Origin: Thermoproteaceae archaeon
GTDB taxonomy: Archaea; Thermoproteota; Thermoprotei; Thermoproteales; Thermoproteaceae
Length of the DNA: 64,000 nt
Direction of reading: 5' to 3'
Assembly: GCA_020833025.1 (NCBI GenBank)
Contig: JAJHRB010000002.1
Coordinates: forward strand, 1 to 64,000
Positions 20,114 through 29,720 of the stretch are shown in pieces; position 1 is the first letter of the stretch, and every line of letters starts with the position of its first letter. Below the pieces are notes generated by a model. The model was given only the letters and a program-made list of their open reading frames with translations, had not been told where the DNA came from and searched no databases. The position numbers were made by a program, and so were the translations under genes.

Positions 20114-21241
20114 GTGGCGCTCTACTGGGAGTCCTACAGGCCGGACGCGCTGACGGTGTGGGAGAGCCAGGTCGTGAGGGAGAGGCTGGGCTGGTACCGC
20201 GCGGTGATGCGCGACGAGGCCCCCGCTAAGTTTCACATAGCCGCGAGAATAGAGGCACCTGCGGACTACGCGTCCATGGAAGACTCGGAGCTCTGGAGGC
20301 TGCACGAGAGCCTCTCGCGCGAGTTCGACGAGGAGTGGGCCGCGCAGAGGGAGAGACACGACGTGTCGCTCGTGAGGAGGAAGCTCCCGGGGGCCTCGCT
20401 TCTTGACGTCAAGATAGAGCTCGCGCGGAGACAGCTGGGGCGCTGCATGTTATGCGAGAGGAGGTGCGGCGTAAACAGGGCGCAGAGAGTCGGCGCGTGC
20501 CTGCTGAACGGCAAGGCGCGCGTCGCCAGCTTCTTCCACCACCTCGGCGAGGAGTCGCCGCTCGTGCCCTCCGGCACTATATTCTTTTCTGGGTGTAACT
20601 TCCGCTGCGTTTACTGCCAGAACTGGGACATATCGCAGCACCCCGAGGCCGGCGTTGAGGCCACTGCAGAGACCCTCGCCGCGATTCAGGTAAAGCTGAG
20701 GCGCGAGGGGGCCCGCAACATCAACTGGGTCGGCGGCGAGCCCACCCCGAACATGCCGCACATACTGGAGTCCATGAGAGTCCTCGCCGAGAGGGGAGTT
20801 AACGTGCCGCAATTGTGGAACTCGAACATGTACATGACGCCGGAGGGCACGTCGCTGGTACTTCACGTCATTGACATATGGCTGCCTGACTTCAAGTACG
20901 GCAACAACAAGTGTGCCGCGCGCTACTCTGTAGCCCCGCGGTACTGGGAGGTCGTGACCCGGAACTTCCTCTCCATCTGCAGCAGGGGGGAGGACGTGAT
21001 AGTGAGGCACCTAGTACTGCCGGGGCATCTCGAGTGCTGCACGAAGCCGGTGCTCAAGTGGCTTGCGGAGAATTGCAAGCGTGCCCTCGTGAACATAATG
21101 GACCAGTACAGGCCGGAGTACCTCGTGCTGAGACTGGAGAGGTACAGGGAGATCAGGAGGAGGGTCGCGGACGCCGAGATGAAGGCGGCTTACGAGTATG
21201 CAGACGCGTTAGGGCTGGCGTGGCGCGAGGTGACAAGATAG
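20114..21241 (+). CDS. Radical SAM protein (PflX-like)
   Basis: CNFRCVYCQN, GGEPTP, VRHLVLPGHLECC. Confidence 0.9.
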   Translation: MALYWESYRPDALTVWESQVVRERLGWYRAVMRDEAPAKFHIAARIEAPADYASMEDSELWRLHESLSREFDEEWAAQRERHDVSLVRRKLPGASLLDVKIELARRQLGRCMLCERRCGVNRAQRVGACLLNGKARVASFFHHLGEESPLVPSGTIFFSGCNFRCVYCQNWDISQHPEAGVEATAETLAAIQVKLRREGARNINWVGGEPTPNMPHILESMRVLAERGVNVPQLWNSNMYMTPEGTSLVLHVIDIWLPDFKYGNNKCAARYSVAPRYWEVVTRNFLSICSRGEDVIVRHLVLPGHLECCTKPVLKWLAENCKRALVNIMDQYRPEYLVLRLERYREIRRRVADAEMKAAYEYADALGLAWREVTR

Positions 21242-21308
21242 CGGGGAGCTCGTGTATTACAGAAGAATTACCGAAGCTGGCTTTTAAACCCTGTTTTCTC
21301 AGGGCGCC

Positions 21309-21482
21309 GTGGCGGCGCAGCGGAAGCTCAAGTTCTACGACATAAAGGCAAGGCAGTCCTTCGAGACAGAGCAGTACGAGATAGTCGAGAAGCAGACGGC
21401 GAGGGGGCCAATGCTCTTTGCCGTTGCCGCGTCGCCGTACACGGGAATCAAGGTCTGGAGGCTGCTGGGGAAGAAGAAGTAG
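21309..21482 (+). CDS. cc1: Chromatin protein Cc1 (57 aa; absent from the ORF track)
   Basis: MAAQRKLKFYDIKARQSFETEQYEIVEKQTARGPMLFAVAASPYTGIKVWRLLGKKK. Confidence 0.93.
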   Translation: MAAQRKLKFYDIKARQSFETEQYEIVEKQTARGPMLFAVAASPYTGIKVWRLLGKKK

Positions 21483-21512
21483 GCCGTCAAAAATACCCCC
21501 TTTTTTGTTACC

Positions 21513-21833
21513 ATGATCGACACTGTTCTGGGGTCCCCCACCAGAATAAGCATAATCCTCGCCCTGTGGCGCCGCGGCGAGATGAATCTGGCTGAGCTGG
21601 CGAGGCTCGTGAACTCAGACCAGAGGTCGGTGGCGCGCCACCTCAGACAGCTCGCGTGTCACGGCATCGTCGAGACGAAGCTCGTGGGCCGCACGAAGCT
21701 CTACAGGCTGTCCGGGAATCCCGCCGTGCGGCAGCTTGCTGAGGCCCTGGCGGCCGCGGACAGGCAGCTCTCGGCGCTGGTGAGGGAGAGCGGGCTCGCT
21801 GGGGGCGGGAGACAGGAGGCCGCTCGCGCCTAG
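21513..21833 (+). CDS. ArsR-family transcriptional regulator
   Basis: SPTRISII...SVARHLRQL HTH. Confidence 0.8.
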   Translation: MIDTVLGSPTRISIILALWRRGEMNLAELARLVNSDQRSVARHLRQLACHGIVETKLVGRTKLYRLSGNPAVRQLAEALAAADRQLSALVRESGLAGGGRQEAARA

Positions 21834-21905
21834 TGCGGCGTCTTTTCTCCAGCGCGCCACTGCGCCCGCCCGGCCGGAGCGGGCTGGCGGCTGGGCGAGC
21901 GTGAG

Positions 21906-22026
21906 TGGCGGGCCCGGTGGGATTTGAACCCACGACGTCCGCCCGCGTGGCGGCCTACGGCTCCGAAGGCTCGGCGGGCTCCCGCAGGAGTCCACCGCCG
22001 CTCCGACCGGGCTGAGCTACGGGCCC
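21906..22026 (-). tRNA. tRNA-Arg(TCG) with introns at 30/31 (21970-21994) and 45/46 (21937-21954)
   Basis: Removing both gives a cloverleaf; 30/31 BHB helix CGGC/GCCG is perfect; CCA encoded. Confidence 0.9.
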
Positions 22027-22091
22027 CGGCACTCCCTGCGGCGGCCTTATTAAACTTTCGCCAGCCGCCACGCTCTTAACCCGCCCGGGCA

Positions 22092-23432
22092 GTGCGCTTC
22101 GTGAGCCTCGCGGAGCTCAGGAGGCTGTTCGGCGACAGGCTTATAGAGGATCCCGTCATAGTCGCGCTCTACTCCCGCGACGCCTCTCTGGAACCGCGGC
22201 CGGCGGGGGCCATCGGCGTCGTGCTCCCCGAGAGCGAGGAGGAGGTGGTCGAGCTCGTGAGGTGGGCAGTCAGGAACAGGGCCCCGCTGTACCCTCAGGG
22301 CAGCGCCACGAGCCTCTCCGGCAGTGCCGCCGCGACGTCTCCGGGCGTTGTCGTGAGCTTCGAGAGGATGGCGAGGATGGAGCTGCGCCCCGAGGACGGG
22401 ATTGCAGTGGTCGAGCCGGGCGTCAGGCTGGAGGAGCTAAACGCCGAGCTTGCCCGCCACGGCCTCTTCTTTCCCGTGGACCCCGGCTCCGCCATGAGCG
22501 CCACGGTGGGCGGCCTCGTGGCAAGCGGCGGCGGCGGCATGTGCGGCGTGAGGTACGGGACTGTCAGGGACTGGGTGCTCGGGCTCAGGGTCGTCACGGG
22601 CCGCGGCGACGTGCTCAAGATCGGCTGCAGGACTCTCAAGTGCAGGAGCGGGTACGACCTGGTTAGGCTCTTCGTAGGCAGCGAGGGGACTCTCGGCCTC
22701 ATAACCGAGGCCGCGCTGAGGCTCGCGCCGCTGCCCGAGTCGGCAGCCGCCCTGCTAGTGTACTACGACGACGTTGAGGCCCTCGCCGGCGACGTGGCCC
22801 GCGTCAGGGCAGGCCGCGTCTGGCCTCTCTTCGCCGAGTACATGGATGCCGAGGCCTCGGCGCTGGTGGGGCTCGAGAGGAGGCACGCGCTCTTCATAGG
22901 CGTGGAGTCGCCCGCCGGGGCCGAGGGGGCAGCGCTGGAGAGGCTCGAGTCGCTGCTCAGGGGGGAGGTGGCACGGAGGGCCGCCGGCTGGGCCGCGGCG
23001 GCGGGGCTCCTCGAGCCTAGGAGGAGGCTATTCGCCGCGCAGGCGGCAAGGGCGCGGGAGGGAGGCGGGGTGCTGGTCGTTGAGGACGTGGCGGTCCCGC
23101 CGTCTAGGCTCGCCGAGGCGGTGAGGGTGCTGAGGGCGCTCGCCGAGAGGCACGGGCTGCCGCTAATTATCGGCGGCCACGTCGGCGAGGGGAACCTCCA
23201 CCCGGCCACGTGGTGCGGGGCTGACGGGGGGCAGAGGCTGCGGGAATTTCTGCGCGACGTGGCGGCGCTGGTGGCGGGTCTCGGCGGGACCGTCTCGGCG
23301 GAGCACGGCGTTGGGGCCCTCAAGAGGGAGCTAGTCGCGCTGGAGCTCGGCGAGAGGGCCCTCGCCTACATGAGAGAGCTGAAGCGCGTCTTCGACCCCC
23401 ACGGCATTCTTAACCCGGGCAAGGTAGTGTAG
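22092..23432 (+). CDS. FAD-linked oxidase, GlcD/D-lactate dehydrogenase family
   Basis: GSATSLSG, FPVDP, GSEGTLG, GHVGEGNLH, AEHGVG, LNPGK. Confidence 0.9.
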   Translation: MRFVSLAELRRLFGDRLIEDPVIVALYSRDASLEPRPAGAIGVVLPESEEEVVELVRWAVRNRAPLYPQGSATSLSGSAAATSPGVVVSFERMARMELRPEDGIAVVEPGVRLEELNAELARHGLFFPVDPGSAMSATVGGLVASGGGGMCGVRYGTVRDWVLGLRVVTGRGDVLKIGCRTLKCRSGYDLVRLFVGSEGTLGLITEAALRLAPLPESAAALLVYYDDVEALAGDVARVRAGRVWPLFAEYMDAEASALVGLERRHALFIGVESPAGAEGAALERLESLLRGEVARRAAGWAAAAGLLEPRRRLFAAQAARAREGGGVLVVEDVAVPPSRLAEAVRVLRALAERHGLPLIIGGHVGEGNLHPATWCGADGGQRLREFLRDVAALVAGLGGTVSAEHGVGALKRELVALELGERALAYMRELKRVFDPHGILNPGKVV

Positions 23433-23472
23433 CGGCTGAAGGCCCCGCCCCGAGGGGCAGGAGTGGTCGTCG

Positions 23473-23841
23473 TCAGTAGCGCCCCTCGAGGATCCTGCGC
23501 ACGAGGTGCGCGATGTGGGGGGCCTTCCTCTCCAGCAGCGCGAGAGCGTCGCGGAGGGACGCGCCCGGATCGCCCCCCAGCGCCCTGAATGTCAGGGCCA
23601 GCTCCTCAAACACGTCGGCAACTCTGATGCTGTTCATCCACTCGTCGGTGTTAAGCGCGACGTAGCGCCTCCTGCCGATTTTGAACGTCCTCACGACGCC
23701 ACCCCGCTCCAGCGTGAAGACATGCCACTGTACGGCGCCGTAAGACATGCCAGTGATCTTGGCAAGCCTGTACATCGGCACCGCGCCGAATTTCTTAAGC
23801 GCCTCAATTATTGCCTCCCTCGGGCTCCTGCGCTCGCTCAC
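23473..23841 (-). CDS. Winged-helix transcriptional regulator
   Basis: MYRLAKITGMSYGAVQWHVFTLE. Confidence 0.8.
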   Translation of the reverse strand: MSERRSPREAIIEALKKFGAVPMYRLAKITGMSYGAVQWHVFTLERGGVVRTFKIGRRRYVALNTDEWMNSIRVADVFEELALTFRALGGDPGASLRDALALLERKAPHIAHLVRRILEGRY

Positions 23842-23896
23842 GCTATGCACTTGTAGTGATATTTTTAACCTATACTTACTGTGCACACCAACCGGA

Positions 23897-23946
23897 ATGA
23901 TGAGGCCAGGCGCTGTCGAGCGGTGAGATGAGCTCGAGAGGGCTGA
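23897..23946 (+). ncRNA. C/D-box sRNA candidate
   Basis: ATGATGA ... CTGA over 50 nt, downstream of TTTTTAA; internal boxes degenerate. Confidence 0.55.
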
Positions 23947-23990
23947 GCCTCCGCGACGGAGAGTTTATCTAGAGCCGCGCGCTCCATACA

Positions 23991-24992
23991 GTGCAAGAGA
24001 TAGTCGAGGCGATAAGGCGCGGCATGACGCTGGTGTACGGGCCGCCGGGCTCGGGAAAGACCTCGCTGGCGATGACACTCGCCGACAGGGTGGCGAGCCG
24101 CGCGCTCTGGGTGTCAACAGTGGAGGGGCCGGAGCTGCTGAGGGAGGCCGCGAGAAGGCTGGCGGTGGACGCCGGGAAGTTCGACTTCTACGACTTCCCG
24201 CGCGCGTTCGGCAGGAGCATCATGCTGTTCGTCCTCGAGCGCGCGAGGGACTACGATGCCATTGTCGTGGACTCGGTCAGCGGCATTGCACCGCGGCGCG
24301 AGATCGGAACGCTGACACACTCGGTCCTCTACCAGCTGGCAAGGGAGAGGCCAGTGATTCTCGTCGCCGAGAGAGAGACGCCGAGAGTTGCCTACATTGC
24401 GGACAACGTGGTGCGGGTATGGTACAGAAGGACGAGCTTGGGGCACATCGTGAGGTTCGTGCAGCTCGAAAAGTCGCGGGTCCTGCCGCCGGGACCGCGG
24501 CGCGTATTCGAGATAGTCGAGGGCCGGGGAGTTATGTGCCTGGACGTCACAAGGACTGGAGGGCGTGCAGGGGTAATTTACGACAAGAGGCTGGGCGTGG
24601 AGGCCGCGCGCCGCGGCGTGATATGCGCGCTCTCTGAGAGCGCGAGAAGGCTCGCAGACTTCCTGGAAAAAATAAAGGATGGCGCGCTCTTCGTGCAAAT
24701 AGGGCCCTGGACAGTATTTCAAGGCCTTGACGTGAGCGAGAAGAGAGTTTACGTCATCAGGGCCTTTCACGACCTTTTCAGGCTGGCGGCCGAGTTGGAG
24801 TCAGGAGGGGCAAGGCCTCAGTACATCGTGGCGGGGGGTCTCGCGAACTTGAGAGCGGGGGAGCAAATGATATATCTTGCTGCGCTTTGCGCCTGCGCTG
24901 AATTTGCCGGTCACCTAGTCCTGGCGGATGTCTGCTCGGCTGACAGATCGAAAGAGCTTGCCTCGCTCTGCGGCGAGATTATTACCGTCTAG
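23991..24992 (+). CDS. RecA-superfamily (KaiC/RAD55-like) ATPase
   Basis: GPPGSGKT, IVVDS, LEKSR; degenerate second domain. Confidence 0.8.
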   Translation: MQEIVEAIRRGMTLVYGPPGSGKTSLAMTLADRVASRALWVSTVEGPELLREAARRLAVDAGKFDFYDFPRAFGRSIMLFVLERARDYDAIVVDSVSGIAPRREIGTLTHSVLYQLARERPVILVAERETPRVAYIADNVVRVWYRRTSLGHIVRFVQLEKSRVLPPGPRRVFEIVEGRGVMCLDVTRTGGRAGVIYDKRLGVEAARRGVICALSESARRLADFLEKIKDGALFVQIGPWTVFQGLDVSEKRVYVIRAFHDLFRLAAELESGGARPQYIVAGGLANLRAGEQMIYLAALCACAEFAGHLVLADVCSADRSKELASLCGEIITV

Positions 24993-25205
24993 GGCGCAGC
25001 CCCTCTAGGGGCCGCCCCAGTCTAGAGTATTGCGCGCACGACACCCGCGCTTGCTAACAGCAGCGCCCCCGCGAGCGCCAGAGGCGCCAGTACTGCTGCC
25101 ACGGCAGACCGCGCATACCTGACGGCAGCCCTCGCGACCTGGACCGTTCTTACAGCCATGCGGCGGGGCGGGACGCAGGGGAGTATCTACGGCCTCCTTA
25201 CAGCC

Positions 25206-25236
25206 GAAAGCCCCGCCCCTCAGGGCGGGGGGTCAG
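25206..25236 (+). mobile_element. Solo IS200/IS605-type end hairpin
   Basis: GAAAGCCCCGCCCCTCAGGGCGGGGGGTCAG; recurs three more times in the window. Confidence 0.6.
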
Positions 25237-25285
25237 AGCCCGCGTGCAGCGCCACGCTTTTTTTTACCCCCGCGCGACGCGCTCC

Positions 25286-26146
25286 GTGCCGGTGCCGATA
25301 TTTGACAACCACGCCCACGCCAACGAGCGAACGGGCCTCGGCGCCGCCGAGGTTGCCAGGAAGTTCAAGGCCGCCGGTGGCACCGGCATAGTGCTCGTCT
25401 CGCTGACCACGTGGTCGGTCGGCGGGAGGCCGGGAGACAGAGACTCCGTCGTGAGGCTGTACGAGCACACTGCAAGGGGTGCCGAGGCCGCAAGGGCTCA
25501 GGGACTCGCCGCCGGGGCCGTCATCGGCGTGCACCCGGCCGAGTGCGCGAGGCTCCTCGAGGCAGGCTGGGACGGGGGCGACGTCGAGGAGTTCATGCTG
25601 TGGGCGGTCGACCTGGCCGCGAGATACGTCGAGGAGGGGCGCGCCGTGGGCCTCGGGGAGTTCGGCAGGCCCCACTGGCCCGCGGGCCCCCGCGTCGTTG
25701 AGCTCTGCAACAGGGTGGCGCTCTACGCGCTCGAGAGGGCCAGAGACGTCGACGCCGCCGTTCACCTGCACCTGGAGAGGGGCGGGCGGGCGACTGTAGA
25801 CTCGGTAGCCGAGCTCGCCCGCAGGGCTGGCGTGAGGCCGGAGCGCGTCGTGATACACCACGCCGAGGGCGCCCTCGCGGGATACGCGCGGGAGAGGGGG
25901 CTCTCGCCGTCAGTGCCCGTGGGGCGCAGGGGAGAGCTCGACGCCGCGCTTAAGGCGGGGCCTGTGTTCGTCGTCGAGAGCGACTACCTCGACGACAGAT
26001 CGAGGCCAGGCGCCGTCATCCCCCCGTGGTCTCTCGCGGGCAAGCTCAAGCAGTACCTGGCGAGGGGCGCCATTACAGAGGACTACCTCCGCGAGATTTG
26101 CGCCGCCAACGTCAGGCGCATTTACGGCTGGCGCCTGCAGCTGTGA
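25286..26146 (+). CDS. TatD-related amidohydrolase
   Basis: DNHAH, GVHP, GEFGRPH, HLHLE, IHH, ESD. Confidence 0.85.
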   Translation: MPVPIFDNHAHANERTGLGAAEVARKFKAAGGTGIVLVSLTTWSVGGRPGDRDSVVRLYEHTARGAEAARAQGLAAGAVIGVHPAECARLLEAGWDGGDVEEFMLWAVDLAARYVEEGRAVGLGEFGRPHWPAGPRVVELCNRVALYALERARDVDAAVHLHLERGGRATVDSVAELARRAGVRPERVVIHHAEGALAGYARERGLSPSVPVGRRGELDAALKAGPVFVVESDYLDDRSRPGAVIPPWSLAGKLKQYLARGAITEDYLREICAANVRRIYGWRLQL

Positions 26147-26148
26147 GG

Positions 26149-27363
26149 CTACCTCCTCAGCGCGCCGAGAACCTTCTTTATCGCCGCAGCCGTGTCCACC
26201 GCGTCCTGCTCCGTCAAGTTCGGCGTGACGAGAAGCGACATAACCCTCTCGGCGGCCCACTCGGCGTTTGGCAGCGGCGCGTACTTAACCCTGCCGCGGT
26301 AGTGCGGGCACGACCACGGGCAGCCCCGCCCGTGCCCCTCCCTCCTCTGGAACAGCGGGGTCCTGTAGAGAGGCGCCGGGTAGGCCACGAAGGCATTGAG
26401 CACGCCCTCGGCCCTGACCGCCCTGACGACATAGTCTCTGGGCTTGCTGAGCCTCTCGACGAGCAAGAGGGCCTGGACGAGGTGCCACGCGTGCCTCATG
26501 TAGGGCCTGGGTCTCGGTATGAGCAGGAGGTCCCCCTCCAGCGGCGCGAGCTCGTCGAGGAGCGCCTTCACGTAAGCCTCCCTCCTCCTGAGGGCCTCGG
26601 GGAGCTGCCGGAGCTGGTAGTAGGCCAGCACTCCCTGCAGCTCCGTCATCCTGTAGTTGTAGCCGAGCAGCTCGTACCAGTACTTCTCCGTCTCGCCGTG
26701 AGACCTCAGCAGCCTTGCCCTCTCGGCATACGCCGTCACGTCGGTGGCCACCGCGCCTCCCTCGCCGGCGGCCACGTGCTTCGTTGCATAGAAGCTGAAG
26801 GCCGACACGTGGCCTATTGACCCGACCCTCCTGCCCCTGTACTCTGCCCCGAGGGCCTGCGCCGCGTCCTCCACTACCTTGACGCCGTGCCTCTCCGCGA
26901 TCTTCACGAGCTCGTCCATCTCGGCAGGCATGCCGGCGAGGTGCACGACGACAATAGCCCTCGTCCTCTCGGTTATTCTCTCCTCGACCGACGCCGGGTC
27001 GAGGTTCAGCGTTTCCTTGTCAATGTCGGCAAACACCGGCACGGCGTTTGCGTGGAGGGCTGCCGTCGCGCTGGAGGCAAACGTCAGCGGCGACGTCACG
27101 ACCTCGTCGCCGGGCCCCACGCCGATTGCCTTGAGCGCAATGTGCAGAGCCGCCGTGCCGCTGGACGTGGCAATTGCGTGCCTGACGCCGGCGTACCTGG
27201 CCAGCTCCTCCTCGAGCGCCCTGACCCACCTGCCGTGGTGCGCCGCCAGCGCGCCGGCTCTCAGCACCTCTGCAATGGCGCTGAGAACCTCGTCGCTGTA
27301 GACGTCGGGCCGTGGCACTATTGGCGTCTCCCTGACGGGCCTGCCCCCCTCTAGCGCCAGCAT
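26149..27363 (-). CDS. DegT/DnrJ/EryC1/StrS aminotransferase
   Basis: SSGTAALH, EDAAQ, SFYATK, GEGG, GYNYR. Confidence 0.93.
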   Translation of the reverse strand: MLALEGGRPVRETPIVPRPDVYSDEVLSAIAEVLRAGALAAHHGRWVRALEEELARYAGVRHAIATSSGTAALHIALKAIGVGPGDEVVTSPLTFASSATAALHANAVPVFADIDKETLNLDPASVEERITERTRAIVVVHLAGMPAEMDELVKIAERHGVKVVEDAAQALGAEYRGRRVGSIGHVSAFSFYATKHVAAGEGGAVATDVTAYAERARLLRSHGETEKYWYELLGYNYRMTELQGVLAYYQLRQLPEALRRREAYVKALLDELAPLEGDLLLIPRPRPYMRHAWHLVQALLLVERLSKPRDYVVRAVRAEGVLNAFVAYPAPLYRTPLFQRREGHGRGCPWSCPHYRGRVKYAPLPNAEWAAERVMSLLVTPNLTEQDAVDTAAAIKKVLGALRR

Positions 27364-27391
27364 AGAGGCGCGGGGCCGCCGCGGTTATAAG

Positions 27392-27871
27392 ATGCTCGCT
27401 GCAAAGGCCTTAAAGGGGAATTTCGCGCCGCGCGTGAGGTGGCTCTGCATCGCGTATGCCGCGTACTGGGCGTCAGTCGCGCTGACGGCAGCCCTCGCGC
27501 TCCTGGGGCACCCCATCGTGAGCCCGGACGCAGCTGCCGAGAGCGTTAGAAGGGCCGCCTCGATGCCCTACGAGCAGCGCCTCGCCGGCGCGCTTGCAGA
27601 CGCAATTCTGGTCTCTGCGGCCTCCTACCCAGCGCTGCTCTACCTCGCCGCGGTTTACGGGGCCTTCACGACCGCGCTCGCCGGCGCCTTCGGCGTGCTC
27701 CGCGCGCTGCTCTACGCCGCAGCCATTCAGGCCCTGCTGTTCGTGATGGCCCAGGTCTCTGCGTGGCACCCGCTCGTCCAGCACTTCACCAAGCGCGGCG
27801 CGATTAACTGGAGGAGGTACCTGGCGTGGGTGGCCGCGCTATTCTCGCTGGCTGGAATCCTCGTTATCTAG
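27392..27871 (+). CDS. Integral membrane protein
   Basis: Several hydrophobic segments. Confidence 0.7.
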   Translation: MLAAKALKGNFAPRVRWLCIAYAAYWASVALTAALALLGHPIVSPDAAAESVRRAASMPYEQRLAGALADAILVSAASYPALLYLAAVYGAFTTALAGAFGVLRALLYAAAIQALLFVMAQVSAWHPLVQHFTKRGAINWRRYLAWVAALFSLAGILVI

Positions 27872-27907
27872 CGCGGGCGCGGGTGCAGGGCGGTGCCGCC
27901 GTTCCCT

Positions 27908-28306
27908 CTATGCTGGCGCGTCGCCGCGCCTGGCCGCGGCGTATTGCTCGGCTATGTCGTAGCCGTACATCAGCCTGAAGAGCGTCCTGCCCTCCTCGGT
28001 CATCTGAGTCGGGTCCCACGGCCTGCTCAAGTCTATCACGACCTCGACCTCCTCCGCCTCGGGCACCGCCGACCTCAGCGCGCGCTCGACCTCCTCAACA
28101 ATAATGCCCGCCAGCGGGCACCCGAGCGCCGTGAGCGTCATGACGACTCTCAGCGCCTTGCCGTCGAGCACCACCTGCCTGACGAGGCCGAGGTCGTAAA
28201 TGTTAATCGGTATCTCGGGGTCGTAGATCCTCCTCAGCGCGTTAACCACCTCCCTCACCCGCTCCGGGGGCAAGTTTGTCTCGAACGCCGGCCTCTCCCC
28301 GCTCAC
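27908..28306 (-). CDS. DUF59 / SufT-like Fe-S assembly protein
   Basis: IYDPEIPINIYDLGLV, MTLTALGCP, PWDP. Confidence 0.9.
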   Translation of the reverse strand: MSGERPAFETNLPPERVREVVNALRRIYDPEIPINIYDLGLVRQVVLDGKALRVVMTLTALGCPLAGIIVEEVERALRSAVPEAEEVEVVIDLSRPWDPTQMTEEGRTLFRLMYGYDIAEQYAAARRGDAPA

Positions 28307-28387
28307 GCGTGCCTCGCGCCGCGCCCATAAAAAGCATACCGGCCTCGGGCCGGCGGCACGCGTATTAAGCCAGGCACGCGCAGGGGC

Positions 28388-28927
28388 GTGAGCGAGAGGC
28401 CGCTAAGACTGCTCCACCCCCGCCCGGTCGTCGTGATAGCAACCAAGTGCCCGGGCGGCCGCGTGAATCTCATGCCGGCCTCGTGGAACACGCCGGTCTC
28501 TGAGGAGCCGCCGACCGTCGCAGTGGCAATAGACAGGGAGAGCTACACCCACCAGTGCCTCCAGCACCACAAGCGCGCCACTATAAACATCCTGCCGGTC
28601 GAGGCCGTGGACCTGATATACCGCCTCGGCACTGTCAGCGGGCGCGATGTCGACAAGGTGTCGCGGTTCGGCGTTAGGCTGGAGCCCTCGCAGACTGTCG
28701 ACGTGCCGCGGATTTCCGGCGCGCTCGCGGCGTACGAGGTTGAGGTGTTCAGGGAGGTCGAGGTCGGCGAGGTCACGCTCTATGTATTCCGCGTGCTGTC
28801 GGCGTGGGTGGCGCCGGGAGTTGCAGACCAGTGGGGCTTCGACTTCAGGAAGGTCAGCGTGCCGCTCCACGGTGCCGGGCGCGCGTTTTACAGAGTCGAG
28901 CCGCGCCCGATCTTTGCCAAGAAGTAG
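28388..28927 (+). CDS. Flavin reductase family protein
   Basis: PRPVVVIAT, NLMPASW, SGRDVDK. Confidence 0.9.
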   Translation: MSERPLRLLHPRPVVVIATKCPGGRVNLMPASWNTPVSEEPPTVAVAIDRESYTHQCLQHHKRATINILPVEAVDLIYRLGTVSGRDVDKVSRFGVRLEPSQTVDVPRISGALAAYEVEVFREVEVGEVTLYVFRVLSAWVAPGVADQWGFDFRKVSVPLHGAGRAFYRVEPRPIFAKK

Positions 28928-28928
28928 C

Positions 28929-28993
28929 TGGAGGGGCCGGGGGTCCCGCGGGCGCGCTCCCCCGCCGCTCTATCCAGGCTGAGCTACGGGCCC
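28929..28993 (-). tRNA. tRNA-Arg-like 5' fragment (positions 1-30) plus 33-nt trailer ending CCA; probable split-tRNA half
   Basis: GGGCCCGTAGCTCAGCCTGGATAGAGCGGCGG then non-tRNA sequence; no anticodon or T-arm; TATA CTTAATAA at 29014-29021. Confidence 0.8.
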
Positions 28994-29083
28994 CGGGCAC
29001 GCGTGGGCGGGGCTTATTAAGCTTTGCCGCGCCTGCAGGCCCGCCGGCCTGAGCATTTTTTAGCTGCCGGCGCGTGGGGGTGC

Positions 29084-29707
29084 GTGGGCGCTGCCGAGCG
29101 CGTGCTGCGGGCGTTCAGAGAGGGGGGAGAGCTGTGGGGTGCTTACGTTGCGGCCAGAACGGCAATAGAGCTGGCCGTCAGGGCCGCGATCGAGAGGGGC
29201 ATTGCAAGACCCAGGAGATGCGCCGAGCTGCCCGGCGCGCTCGTCGAGGCGGGAATTCTCGAGACAGGCGAGGGGCTCGCGCTCGCAGAGATAATCCGCG
29301 CGTCTAAGCGCCTCCACAGGCTGGAGAGGCGCGAGATAGCCAGAATTGCAGAGGGCGCGATGAAGATCGTGGACAGGCTCGCCGCGGGGAGCCCGCCGCG
29401 CGCCGCGGCGCGCGTGGGCGAGGGCGTCGTTCACGCGCTGAGGGCGGCCGGCGTGAGGGCCGCATATTTGGTAGGCCCGAACGCTCTGGCCGTCAAGCTG
29501 GGCTCGCGCGGGCTTGAGGACGTTCTCAAGCTCGCCGCAGAGCTGTCCGCCGAGCTCGGAGTGCCGCCGGAGAGGCTACTCGTGCTCGACGCGGAGAGCC
29601 CGGGTAATCTCGAGAGAGTCGCGCTTTACGGCAGGCTGGTCTACGCGGAGGACCCGAGCGCCGAGGTGAGCTGGCTCGTTGACAGCTACATAGAGCTGTT
29701 CTGCTGA
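29084..29707 (+). CDS. HEPN-like plus minimal nucleotidyltransferase-like fusion (degenerate)
   Basis: N-half resembles DUF86/HepT (P...AELP..L...GIL); C-half resembles MNT (AAYLVG, LSAELGV, GRLVYAED). Confidence 0.5.
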   Translation: MGAAERVLRAFREGGELWGAYVAARTAIELAVRAAIERGIARPRRCAELPGALVEAGILETGEGLALAEIIRASKRLHRLERREIARIAEGAMKIVDRLAAGSPPRAAARVGEGVVHALRAAGVRAAYLVGPNALAVKLGSRGLEDVLKLAAELSAELGVPPERLLVLDAESPGNLERVALYGRLVYAEDPSAEVSWLVDSYIELFC

Positions 29708-29720
29708 GCCACAAACGGCT

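Noticed and set aside
25022-25159. 45-aa hydrophobic mini-ORF on the minus strand
   Set aside because: Plausible but no recognisable family or clear promoter
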